Assembly (NCBI GenBank): GCA_964349765.1 | Contig: CAYGGZ010000010.1 | Location: 1,277-65,276, forward strand | Reading direction: 5' to 3' | From: an uncultured Bacteroidales bacterium | GTDB lineage: Bacteria > Bacteroidota > Bacteroidia > Bacteroidales > JAAYJT01 | Length of the DNA: 64,000 nt | In this document: positions 48,900 to 57,490 of the stretch, piece after piece | How the letters are laid out: the number at the start of each line of letters is the position of its first letter | Position numbering within the stretch: the first letter of the stretch is position 1 | Made by a program: the position numbers and the translations under genes | The notes under the pieces: generated by a model | What the model saw: the letters and a program-made list of their open reading frames with translations, nothing else | What the model was told of the DNA's origin: nothing | The model's database searches: none

Positions 48900-50141
48900 A
48901 TGCTAAAAATTCAAAAAAACCTCTCCAATGCTTTTTATTTGATACTCGGGCTGCCTTCAACAGCCATGGGTTTTGGTCTATCTGTTCAGATCGCGGCTTT
49001 GAGTTGGATTCTGCGAACCCAATACGACCTGGCAATCTATGAGATAGGGATAGTATGGGCGGCCGGGCCGCTTGCCGGAATTATCGGACAACCTATAGTA
49101 GGCTTGATAAGCGATAAACTATGGTTTTGGGGCGGGCGCAGAAGACCGTTCATTTTGATAGGAGGTGTAATAGCTGCGATGTCAATATTTGCCCTGCCAT
49201 ATATCGGTGCCATCAACAGCGCACTCGGCATCGGAAGCATTATGGCTGTGGCTATCGCTATTGCGCTTACACTTGACCTGGCCATAAACATAAGTTTCAA
49301 TCCGGCCCGCTCTATCATAGCCGATGTTACACCCGAAGGAACTCCCAGAACAAAAGGATATACATGGATGCAATCTGTTTCCAACCTTTTTGGAAGTCTG
49401 GCTTACCTTACAGCAGCTCTCCTTGGCAATTATGTGCTTATCTTTGTTGGCTCTGGAATCATCCTGCTGTTTTCAATTGTTCCTGTGTTCTTCATCAAAG
49501 AACCGAGAGTACTGGAACCTGCTACCACCGATAATGCTAAGCCTGAAGCAACTACTACCCACTGGGGAGATCTTTTTAAGATTTATATCGCTCACGGATT
49601 TTCCTGGCTGGGAATACAAACAATGTTTATCTATGCCATAATTTTTGTTGAGGCTAAATTAAATCCAGCTACCGATCTGATTACCGGGCAAATAATCGGA
49701 TGGTCGTTTTTTTTACTTAATGCAATTGGAAGTATTTTCCCAATTTTTGTTCTCGAACCACTTGCCCGACGGATCGGACGTGTAAACACACATACCATCG
49801 CAGTTTCAGTTATGGCGCTGGGTTACCTGGGAATAGCATTATTCGCACGCAATCAGATTGAATTCTATATCCTGATGGCTATATTAAGCTTCGGTTGGGC
49901 AGCAGTGGTTTCCCTTCCATTCGCAATTATGAGCGAAAAAGTTGACAAGTCGAGAATGGGATTTTTTATGGGGATTTTCAATCTTTCAGTTGTACTACCC
50001 CAACTGGTGGCAAGTTTCGCAATTGGCTTCCTGATAAACGCAATTGCCAACAAAAGCAGCATTTTTATCATCAGTGCAATCAGCCTTGCCGTTTCTGCAA
50101 TGCTATGGACGCTTGTGAAAGAAGTGAGACCAGGCAAATAA
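48900..50141 (+). CDS. MFS/GPH-type sugar:cation symporter (SLC45/sucrose-maltose transporter-like)
   Basis: 413 aa, about 12 TM. LSDKLWFWGGRRRPFIL motif. It lies between the pullulanase and GH97 genes. Confidence 0.7.
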   Translation: MLKIQKNLSNAFYLILGLPSTAMGFGLSVQIAALSWILRTQYDLAIYEIGIVWAAGPLAGIIGQPIVGLISDKLWFWGGRRRPFILIGGVIAAMSIFALPYIGAINSALGIGSIMAVAIAIALTLDLAINISFNPARSIIADVTPEGTPRTKGYTWMQSVSNLFGSLAYLTAALLGNYVLIFVGSGIILLFSIVPVFFIKEPRVLEPATTDNAKPEATTTHWGDLFKIYIAHGFSWLGIQTMFIYAIIFVEAKLNPATDLITGQIIGWSFFLLNAIGSIFPIFVLEPLARRIGRVNTHTIAVSVMALGYLGIALFARNQIEFYILMAILSFGWAAVVSLPFAIMSEKVDKSRMGFFMGIFNLSVVLPQLVASFAIGFLINAIANKSSIFIISAISLAVSAMLWTLVKEVRPGK

Positions 50142-50208
50142 TACCCAACTGCAAATCACTTCCAGATTTCGTTGATTTGCATCACGTAAATAAATTAATA
50201 TAACGCAT

Positions 50209-52356
50209 ATGATTACAAAAATAATTTTCCTGTTAAGCGTAATCGTTTCCATAAATCATGTTATGAGCCAAACCATATACTCTCCAAACGAAAACCTTCG
50301 GCTAACGTTTGAATTATTACCCGATGGAACGCCAACCTATCATCTTAGTTCCGGTAATATGCAGGTACTGTTGCAAAGCAGGCTTGGTATTGAGTTAAAG
50401 GACCATGAAGACTTTATATCGGGTTTTGTCGTAGAAAGCGTTGACACGGTTACATTTGATGAAACCTGGGAAACAGTATGGGGCGAAGAACGCTTTATTC
50501 GCAATCACCACAAGGAAATGGCTGTTACTCTGATGCAACCGGGCGTTGGCAACCGCCGTCTGGTGATTCGATTCCGCTTGTTCGACGACGGTTTGGGGTT
50601 TAGATACGAATTTCCTGCACAAGGGAATCTCCATTCGTTTATTGTAACCGGCGAATCAACCCAGTTCAGGCTTACAGGCAATCATACAGCATTTTGGATT
50701 CCAGGCGATTACGACACCAACGAGTATCCTTACAACATAACACCACTCAGCCAGATTGATGCATTCAAAGCTTCGGAAGAGGCAATAGAAATTTTCACAC
50801 GAAAACCATTTCATCCTCATGGTGTTCAAACCCCATTGTTGCTTAAGACCGCCACAGGACATTACATACTTATCCACGAAGCCGCTCTCCATGATTACCC
50901 TGCAATGCAGTTGGTGGTAAACAAGGAAGAATTCCTGCTTACATCTCATCTTGTTCCGGACGCTGTTGGAAATAAAGCATATTTGCAAACGCCTTGTCAT
51001 ACACCATGGCGCACGGTGATTGTAAGCAACAAAGCCGCCGGAATCCTTGCTTCACGATTAATTCTTAACCTCAACGAGCCAAGCATTCTCGAAGATGTGA
51101 GCTGGATAAAACCTCAAAAGTATATTGGAATCTGGTGGGAGATGCATGTTGGTATTTCGTCATGGAATTATGCCGACACGTCGAACGTAAAACTTGCCGA
51201 AACCGACTGGAACAATCTTATTCCTAATAACCGGCACGGAGCTACAACTGAGCGAACAAAACGTTACATTGATTTCGCTGCCGATCACGGCTTCCACGGA
51301 GTGCTTGTAGAAGGATGGAATATTGGCTGGGAGGACTGGTTCGGACAATGGAAGGAGGAGGTTTTCGATTTTGTTACACCATATCCGGATTTTGATATTG
51401 AGTATGTGAACAGATATGCTGCTTCACGGGGAGTTAAGCTGGTAATGCACCACGAAACATCAGGCTCGGTTACTAACTATGAACGAAGGCTTGATACCGC
51501 ATTCCGTTTGATGAAACATTTTGGGTATGATGTTGTTAAAACCGGCTATGTAGGATGGATCATTCCTCGCGGCGAACATCACGACGGACAGTGGATGGTG
51601 AATCACTACCGGCGTGTAGCCGGGAAAGCTGCGAAATACCGCATAATGGTGAACGCACACGAGCAGGTGCGTCCTACGGGGTTGCACCGAACATTCCCAA
51701 ACTGGTTCACTGCTGAAGCAGCACGTGGAAATGAATTCAACGCATGGAGCCGTGGTAACCCACCCGCACATGAGACCATTCTTCCGTTTACCAGACTTAT
51801 GGGTGGTCCGATGGATTATACTCCGGGCATTTTTCAGATAACACTTGATTATTACAATATTGGCAAGACCGAACAGGTTCGCACAACTCTGGCAAAACAA
51901 CTTGCCCTTTATGTAACAATGTATAGCCCATTGCAAATGGCTGCCGACCTGCCAGAGAATTACGAACGTTTTCCTGATGCGTTTCAGTTTATCAAAGATG
52001 TTCCGGTTGACTGGGAAAAATCGCTATATGTTGAAGCCAATCCTGGCCATTATCTTACAATTGCCCGCCAGGAGAGGTCGGGTGATGACTGGTTTATCGG
52101 CTCAATTACAGGCGATAGTGCTCGCCTGTCGACAATTCCGCTAAGCTTTCTCGATAAGGGTCAGATGTACCTGGCAACCATTTATTCCGATGCACCCGAC
52201 GCACATTACAGGCACAATCCAATGGCTTATAAAATCGAACAGTACCTGGTTAATAGCAGCGATGTTCTGCGGCTTCAAATCCAGGAAGGTGGGGGAGCTG
52301 CCGTTAAACTCAGTAAAGCCGACAAAACTATCAGAGGGGTAAGACGCTACAGGTAA
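50209..52356 (+). CDS. Glycoside hydrolase family 97 alpha-glucosidase (SusB-like)
   Basis: 715 aa. Signal peptide, then LVEGWN, VKLVMHHETSG, GYVG and VNAHE blocks as in GH97. Confidence 0.8.
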   Translation: MITKIIFLLSVIVSINHVMSQTIYSPNENLRLTFELLPDGTPTYHLSSGNMQVLLQSRLGIELKDHEDFISGFVVESVDTVTFDETWETVWGEERFIRNHHKEMAVTLMQPGVGNRRLVIRFRLFDDGLGFRYEFPAQGNLHSFIVTGESTQFRLTGNHTAFWIPGDYDTNEYPYNITPLSQIDAFKASEEAIEIFTRKPFHPHGVQTPLLLKTATGHYILIHEAALHDYPAMQLVVNKEEFLLTSHLVPDAVGNKAYLQTPCHTPWRTVIVSNKAAGILASRLILNLNEPSILEDVSWIKPQKYIGIWWEMHVGISSWNYADTSNVKLAETDWNNLIPNNRHGATTERTKRYIDFAADHGFHGVLVEGWNIGWEDWFGQWKEEVFDFVTPYPDFDIEYVNRYAASRGVKLVMHHETSGSVTNYERRLDTAFRLMKHFGYDVVKTGYVGWIIPRGEHHDGQWMVNHYRRVAGKAAKYRIMVNAHEQVRPTGLHRTFPNWFTAEAARGNEFNAWSRGNPPAHETILPFTRLMGGPMDYTPGIFQITLDYYNIGKTEQVRTTLAKQLALYVTMYSPLQMAADLPENYERFPDAFQFIKDVPVDWEKSLYVEANPGHYLTIARQERSGDDWFIGSITGDSARLSTIPLSFLDKGQMYLATIYSDAPDAHYRHNPMAYKIEQYLVNSSDVLRLQIQEGGGAAVKLSKADKTIRGVRRYR

Positions 52357-52385
52357 TCAAAAGCCTGAGAACGATCCCTAATATT

Positions 52386-52461
52386 TATCCCATGAGGGTA
52401 ACCCCGATTTAGTGTTTATTGAGCGCAATTTTTATTGTGCTGATTACAAACACTTAATCGG
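52386..52461. repeat. Modular intergenic repeat, copy 5 (module C plus the start of B, inverted orientation)
   Basis: cccatgagggtaaccccgatttagtgtttattgagcgcaatttttattgtgctgattacaaacacttaatcgggg closely matches the reverse complement of 27815-27886. Confidence 0.8.
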
Positions 52462-52504
52462 GGATTATTGTGATTGCTCAATACTTTTCTTCATTGAAAA
52501 CGAA

Positions 52505-52512
52505 TATATTTG
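52505..52512 (+). promoter_or_regulatory. Bacteroidota sigma-A -7 box (TAnnTTTG) upstream of paralogue 1
   Basis: tatatttg lies within gaaaacgaatatatttgtagttcacaaa, a block shared with paralogues 2 and 3. It implies a leader of about 240 nt. Confidence 0.5.
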
Positions 52513-52751
52513 TAGTTCACAAAAAAATACCTATTTTAGCCTGATTAATTCATAAATATCTATATTTTAGTGAAATTTAGTGCTTTGGTGTCTTTGTGGC
52601 GAAAAGTTCTTTCCCCCTAAGTCGCTAATATACAAAGGAAACACTAAGTTTATGAATTAAGCAGGTTAGCACTAATTAATGGGTGTAATTGTCTGAACAC
52701 GGCACATCACAAGAAAGGATAAATTATAAAGCCAAAAAGAAAGGATCGGTT

Positions 52752-54851
52752 ATGAGAACACATTTACTGTTACAGATTCTATTGCTGGCTGCGGTAATAA
52801 CCGCCCATAACCATCTATTTGCGCAGTCAGATTGGTTCTGGCAGAATCCTCTACCCACGGGGAGTTCTCTCGTTAGAGTCTCATTCATCGACGCCAACAG
52901 AGGAACGGCGGTGGGAGAGGCTGGCACAATTCTTAGCACCACCAATGGCGGCTTAAACTGGATAAGCCAGTCAAGCGGAACGACGAAGTGGTTAGTAGGC
53001 GTCTGTTTCACTGACGCCAACACAGGAACGGCGGTAGGAGAGGGGGGCACAATTCTTCGTACCACCGATGGCGGCTTAAACTGGATAAGCCAGTCAAGCG
53101 GAACGACAAATAATCTCAGGAGTGTCTCCTTCACCGACGCCAGCACTGGAACGGTGGTGGGAGATGCTGGCATAATTCTTCGCACCACCGATGGCGGCGC
53201 AAGCTGGATAAGGCAGACAAGTGGAACTACGGAGCATCTTGAGAGCGTCTCCTTCACCGACGCCAACACCGGAACGGCGGTGGGATGGGGTGGAACAATT
53301 CTTCGCACCAGCAATGGCGGCGCAAGCTGGATAAGCCAGTCAAGTGGAACAACAGGGTGGCTCTTTGGCGTCTCCTTCACCGACGCCAACACAGGAACGG
53401 TGGTGGGAAGTGATGGCACAATTCTTAGCACCACCAATGGCGGCGCAAGCTGGATAAGCCAATCAAGCGGAACCATGCGTGATCTCTATGACGTCTCCTT
53501 CACCGACGCCAACACAGGAATGGCGGTGGGATGGGGTGGCACAATTCTTCGCACCACCAATGGCGGCGCAAGCTGGATAAGCCAGTCAAGCGGAACGACG
53601 AGGTGGCTCATAGGCGTCTGCTTTACAGACGCCAACACAGGAACGGCGGTGGGAGACTTTGGCGCAATTCTTCGCACCACCAATGGCGGCGCAAGCTGGA
53701 TAAGCCAGTCAAGCGGAATACAACATGATCTCTTTGGCGTCTTCTTCACCGACGCCAATAGAGGAACAGCGGTGGGATGGGGTGGGACAATTCTTCGCAC
53801 CACCAATGGCGGCTTAAACTGGATAATCCAGACATGCGGAACGACGCAGCATCTCTGGGGCGTCTCCTTCACCGACGCTTACACAGGAACTGCGGTGGGG
53901 GAGGGTGGCACAATTCTTCGCACCACCGATGGCGGCTCAACTTGGATAAGCCAGACAAGCGGAACGACGCGACATTTCTATGCCCTCTGCTTCACCGACG
54001 CCAACACAGGAACGGCGGTGGGAGACTTTGGCACAATTCTTCGCACCACCAATGGCGGCTTAAGCTGGACAAGCCAGTTAAGCGGAACGACGAATTGGCT
54101 CTTTGCCGTCTGCTTCACCGACGCCAACACAGGAACGGCGGTGGGAGACTTTGGCACAATTCATCGCACCACCAATGGCGGCTCTAGCTGGACAAGTCAG
54201 TCAAGCGGAACGACGGCGTCTCTCTATGGCGTCTCCTTCACCGACGCCAACACAGGAACGGCGGTGGGATGGGGTGGCACAATTCTTCGCACCACCAATG
54301 GCGGCTTAAACTGGATACGCCAGTCAAGTGGAACGACGGTGCCACTCTATGGCGTCTCCTTTACCGATGCCAACATAGGAACGGTGGTGGGAAGCTATGG
54401 CACAATTCTTCGCACCACCGATGGCGGTGCAAGTTGGAAAATTCAGACAATCGGAACGATGCAGCATCTCTTTGGCGTCTCCTTCACCGACGCCAACACA
54501 GGAACGGCGGTGGGATTGGGTGGCACAATTCTTCGCACCACCACTGGAGGCGTTGGAATTAGGGAAGACTTTCTCTCCATTAACCCATCAGGTTTTTCGT
54601 TAATGCAGAACTTCCCTAATCCCTTTTACCCAAGTACCACAATACGGTTTTCTGTTCCCAGGTCAGGATTCGTCTCCCTTACGGTTTACGATCAGCTTTG
54701 GCGGGAAGTTGCTGTTTTGGTAAGTGGAGAGAGACCGGAGGGCACATATACGGTTGTGTGGGATGCAGCAGCACTAACCGGTGGCTTATATTTTTACCGC
54801 CTTCAGGGTACCGAATTCTCCGAAACGAAAAAAATGATATTGCTCAGATAA
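52752..54851 (+). CDS. Paralogue 1: secreted 14-blade Asp-box (BNR/Ycf48-like) repeat protein with T9SS type-A sorting domain
   Basis: Start taken at ATG 52752 (MRTHLLLQILLLAAVITAHNHLFAQ signal). There are 14 units of the form GTILRTTNGGxxWISQSSGTTxxLxxVSFTDANTGTAVGxx. The CTD is QNFPNPFYPSTTIRF...GGLYFYRL...KKMILLR. Confidence 0.85.
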   Translation: MRTHLLLQILLLAAVITAHNHLFAQSDWFWQNPLPTGSSLVRVSFIDANRGTAVGEAGTILSTTNGGLNWISQSSGTTKWLVGVCFTDANTGTAVGEGGTILRTTDGGLNWISQSSGTTNNLRSVSFTDASTGTVVGDAGIILRTTDGGASWIRQTSGTTEHLESVSFTDANTGTAVGWGGTILRTSNGGASWISQSSGTTGWLFGVSFTDANTGTVVGSDGTILSTTNGGASWISQSSGTMRDLYDVSFTDANTGMAVGWGGTILRTTNGGASWISQSSGTTRWLIGVCFTDANTGTAVGDFGAILRTTNGGASWISQSSGIQHDLFGVFFTDANRGTAVGWGGTILRTTNGGLNWIIQTCGTTQHLWGVSFTDAYTGTAVGEGGTILRTTDGGSTWISQTSGTTRHFYALCFTDANTGTAVGDFGTILRTTNGGLSWTSQLSGTTNWLFAVCFTDANTGTAVGDFGTIHRTTNGGSSWTSQSSGTTASLYGVSFTDANTGTAVGWGGTILRTTNGGLNWIRQSSGTTVPLYGVSFTDANIGTVVGSYGTILRTTDGGASWKIQTIGTMQHLFGVSFTDANTGTAVGLGGTILRTTTGGVGIREDFLSINPSGFSLMQNFPNPFYPSTTIRFSVPRSGFVSLTVYDQLWREVAVLVSGERPEGTYTVVWDAAALTGGLYFYRLQGTEFSETKKMILLR
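52860..54550 (+). repeat. 14 tandem 123-bp (41-codon) coding repeats inside paralogue 1
   Basis: The core ggcacaattcttcgcaccacc...ggcggc..agctggataagccagtcaagcggaacgacg...gtctccttcaccgacgccaacacaggaacggcggtggga recurs with period 123 bp. Confidence 0.9.
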
Positions 54852-54960
54852 GGGGCAATAGCAACTAACACGGCAAACTCTGACGCTTTCTTTGCCTTCC
54901 TGCCTGCCGAAGGCACTTCGGAACGTCGGTTGATAGGGTTCTGGTAAAGAACAGGAAAGA

Positions 54961-55010
54961 AATTAGACCGAATTAATCGTTTAAGCATTGTCAAATGCTG
55001 AATTTGGGTT
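54961..55010. repeat. Modular intergenic repeat, copy 6 (module A, inverted) between paralogues 1 and 2
   Basis: aattagaccgaattaatcgtttaagcattgtcaaatgctgaatttgggtt is the reverse complement of the aacccaaatt.agcatttgacaatgcttaaacgattaattcgg type. Confidence 0.8.
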
Positions 55011-55031
55011 CACGGAAAACGAATATATTTG
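55003..55031 (+). promoter_or_regulatory. Putative -33 (TTTG) and -7 (TAtaTTTG) promoter of paralogue 2
   Basis: TTTG is at 55003-55006, inside the end of repeat copy 6. tatatttg is at 55024-55031, giving a 17-nt spacer and a leader of about 88 nt. Confidence 0.5.
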
Positions 55032-55119
55032 TAGTTCACAAAGCATTGTGTGTGTTTTTGCTAGACGCTTTAGTTGCATTTGTTACTTGAATAAACCAAA
55101 CAAAAAGAAAAGAACACTT

Positions 55120-57222
55120 ATGAAAACACATTTACTGTTGCGCCTTCTATTACTTACTGCGGTAATAACCGCCCATAACCATCTATTTGCGCAGTCAGGT
55201 TGGTTCTACCAGAATCCGCTGCCCCAGGGAAATCCTCTTTATGGCGTCTCCTTCACCGATGCCAACACAGGAACGGCGGTTGGAGCAATGGGCACAATTA
55301 TTCGCACCACCGATGGCGGCTTAAACTGGATAATCCAGTCAAGCGGAGCAGAGGAGTGTCTTTATGGCGTCTCCTTCACAGACGCCAACACAGGAACGGC
55401 GGTGGGAGACTGGGGCACAATTCTTCGTACCACCGATGGCGGCTTAAACTGGATAAGCCAGTCAAGCGGAACGACAAATAATCTCAGGAGTGTCTCCTTC
55501 ACCGACGCCAGCACTGGAACGGTGGTGGGAGAGGGTGGCACAATTCTTCGCACCACCGATGGTGGCTCAAGCTGGATAAGTCAGTGGAGCGGAACGATGG
55601 AGTGGCTCTTGGGCGTCTCCTTCACCGACGTTAACAGAGGAACGGTGGTGGGATTGGGTGGCACAATTCTTCGCACCACCAATGGCGGCGCAAGCTGGAT
55701 TAGCCAGACAAGCGGAACGAAGTATGATCTCCATAGCGTCTGCTTCACCGACGCCAACAGAGGAACGGCGGTGGGAGGCTGGGGCACAATTCTTCGCACC
55801 ACCAATGGCGGCGCAAGCTGGATAAGCCAGACAAGCGGAACGACGCAGTGGCTCTGGAGCGTCTGCTTCACCGACGTCAACACAGGAACGGCGGTGGGAG
55901 ACTTGGGCGCAATTCTTCGCACCACAAACGGCGGCGCAAGCTGGATAAGCCAGTCAAGCGGAACAACGTATAATCTCCATAGCGTCTCCTTCACCGACGC
56001 CAACACCGGAACGGTGGTGGGACAGGCTGGCACAATTCTTCGCACCACCGATGGCGGCGCAAGCTGGATAAGCCAGTTAAGCGGTACGACGGAGGGGCTC
56101 TTTGGCGTCTGCTTCACTGACGCCAACACCGGAACGGCGGTGGGAAATTGGGGCACAATTCTTCGCACCACCAATGGAGGCTCAAGCTGGATAAGCCAGT
56201 CAAGCGGAACGACGCAGGTACTCTATGGCGTCTCCTTCACCGACGCCAACACAGGAACTGTGGTGGGAAGCTGGGGCACAATTCTTCGCACCACCAATGG
56301 CGGCGCAAGCTGGATAAGCCAGTCAAGCGGAACGACGCAGTTGCTCTTAGGCGTCTCCTTCACCGACGCCAACACAGGGACTGCGGTGGGAGAGGGTGGC
56401 ACAATTCTTCGCACCACCAATGGCGGTTCAAGCTGGGTAAGCCAGTCAAGCGGAACGACGCAGTGGCTCTGGAGCATCTGCTTCACCGATGCCAACACAG
56501 GAACGGCGGTGGGAGAATGGGGCACAATTCTTCGCACCACCGATGGCGGCTCAAGCTGGATCAGCCAGTCAAGCGGAACGACGAATTCTCTCCGTGCCGT
56601 CTCCTTCACCGACGCCAACACCGGAACGGTGGTGGGAGACTTGGGCACAATTCTTCGCACCACCAATGGCGGCGCAAGCTGGATAAGCCAGTCAAGCGGA
56701 ACGTGGGCGTTGCTCATTGGCGTTTCCTTCACCGACGCCAATACAGGAATGGCGGTGGGAACAGGTGGCACAATTCTTCGCACCACCAATGGTGGCTCAA
56801 GCTGGATAAGCCAGTCAAGCGGAACGATGCAGCATCTCTATGGCGTCACCTTTACCGACACCAACATAGGAACGGTGGTGGGAGACTTCGGCACAATTCT
56901 TCGCACAAACACAGGAGGTGTTGTGGGAATTAGGGAAGACTTTCTCTCCATTAACCCATCAGGTTTTTCGTTAATGCAGAACTTCCCTAATCCCTTTTAC
57001 CCAAGTACCACAATACGGTTTTCTGTTCCCAGGTCAGGATTCGTCTCCCTTACGGTTTACGATCAGCTTTGGCGGGAAGTTGCTGTTTTGGTAAGTGGAG
57101 AGAGACCGGAGGGCACATATACGGTTGTGTGGGATGCAGCAGCACTAACCGGTGGCTTATATTTTTACCGCCTTCAGGGTACCGAATTCTCCGAAACGAA
57201 AAAAATGATATTGCTCAGATAA
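55120..57222 (+). CDS. Paralogue 2: secreted 14-blade Asp-box repeat protein with T9SS sorting domain
   Basis: Start at ATG 55120 (MKTHLLLRLLLLTAVITAHNHLFAQ). It has 14 blades. The CTD-coding DNA appears identical by eye to that of paralogue 1. Confidence 0.85.
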   Translation: MKTHLLLRLLLLTAVITAHNHLFAQSGWFYQNPLPQGNPLYGVSFTDANTGTAVGAMGTIIRTTDGGLNWIIQSSGAEECLYGVSFTDANTGTAVGDWGTILRTTDGGLNWISQSSGTTNNLRSVSFTDASTGTVVGEGGTILRTTDGGSSWISQWSGTMEWLLGVSFTDVNRGTVVGLGGTILRTTNGGASWISQTSGTKYDLHSVCFTDANRGTAVGGWGTILRTTNGGASWISQTSGTTQWLWSVCFTDVNTGTAVGDLGAILRTTNGGASWISQSSGTTYNLHSVSFTDANTGTVVGQAGTILRTTDGGASWISQLSGTTEGLFGVCFTDANTGTAVGNWGTILRTTNGGSSWISQSSGTTQVLYGVSFTDANTGTVVGSWGTILRTTNGGASWISQSSGTTQLLLGVSFTDANTGTAVGEGGTILRTTNGGSSWVSQSSGTTQWLWSICFTDANTGTAVGEWGTILRTTDGGSSWISQSSGTTNSLRAVSFTDANTGTVVGDLGTILRTTNGGASWISQSSGTWALLIGVSFTDANTGMAVGTGGTILRTTNGGSSWISQSSGTMQHLYGVTFTDTNIGTVVGDFGTILRTNTGGVVGIREDFLSINPSGFSLMQNFPNPFYPSTTIRFSVPRSGFVSLTVYDQLWREVAVLVSGERPEGTYTVVWDAAALTGGLYFYRLQGTEFSETKKMILLR
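55230..56915 (+). repeat. 14 tandem 123-bp coding repeats inside paralogue 2
   Basis: Same repeat core and the same 123-bp period. Confidence 0.9.
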
Positions 57223-57271
57223 GGGGCAATAGCAACTAACACGGCAAACACCGACGCTTTCTTTGCCTTCC

Positions 57272-57298
57272 TGCGTGCCGAAGTGCCTTCGGCACGCA
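57272..57298 (+). terminator. Perfect 12-bp hairpin in the 3' flank of paralogue 2; degenerate versions follow paralogues 1, 3 and 4
   Basis: tgcgtgccgaag-tgc-cttcggcacgca. Copies at about 54905-54925, 59640-59660 and 62200-62222 keep only ccgaag-gca-cttcgg. No U-tract follows. Confidence 0.45.
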
Positions 57299-57331
57299 TG
57301 TGAATTGGGCTATGGTAAAGAACAGGAAAGA

Positions 57332-57381
57332 AATTAGACCGAATTAATCGTTTATGCATTGTCAAATGCTGAATTTGGGTT
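57332..57381. repeat. Modular intergenic repeat, copy 7 (module A, inverted) between paralogues 2 and 3
   Basis: Same as copy 6 with one substitution (tttatgcatt). Confidence 0.8.
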
Positions 57382-57402
57382 CACGGAAAACGAATATATT
57401 TG
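57374..57402 (+). promoter_or_regulatory. Putative -33/-7 promoter of paralogue 3
   Basis: Same sequence block as for paralogue 2, with tatatttg at 57395-57402. Confidence 0.5.
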
Positions 57403-57490
57403 TAGTTCACAAAGCATTGTGTGTGTTTTTGCTAGACGCTTTAGTTGCATTTGTTACTTGAATAAACCAAACAAAAAGAAAAGAACACTT

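Noticed and set aside
52724-53476. Long antisense and alternative-frame ORFs inside the four repeat genes. Examples are 52724..53476 (-, 250 aa), 53486..53872 (-), 55581..56174 (-), 56223..56789 (-), 56148..56933 (+, 261 aa), 58804..59298 (+) and 59834..60361 (-).
   Set aside because: They are periodic translations of the same 123-bp unit (for example VVRRIVP..PTAVPVLASVKETP, or HNSSHHQWRLKLDKPVKRND). They arise because the repeat unit happens to lack stop codons in several frames. They have no signal peptide, promoter box or independent start context, and they break wherever a unit acquires a stop. The Asp-box frame with signal peptide and T9SS domain is the coherent one.
54803-54994. Conserved 63-75 aa antisense ORFs over the 3' flanks of the paralogues (54803..54994, 57174..57365, 62102..62329).
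   Set aside because: Their conservation is explained by the conserved flank DNA itself. They begin inside the intergenic repeat and run into the C-terminal coding sequence of the plus-strand gene. Their composition is unremarkable and there is no promoter box.
54988-55119. Upstream in-frame extensions of the paralogue ORFs given by the ORF track (starts at 52689, 54988, 57359 and 59919).
   Set aside because: For paralogues 2 and 3, the extensions would begin upstream of the TAtaTTTG -7 box (55024, 57395). In all four genes they would bury the obvious signal peptide 21-44 residues into the protein. The internal ATGs preceded by A-rich leaders are therefore preferred.
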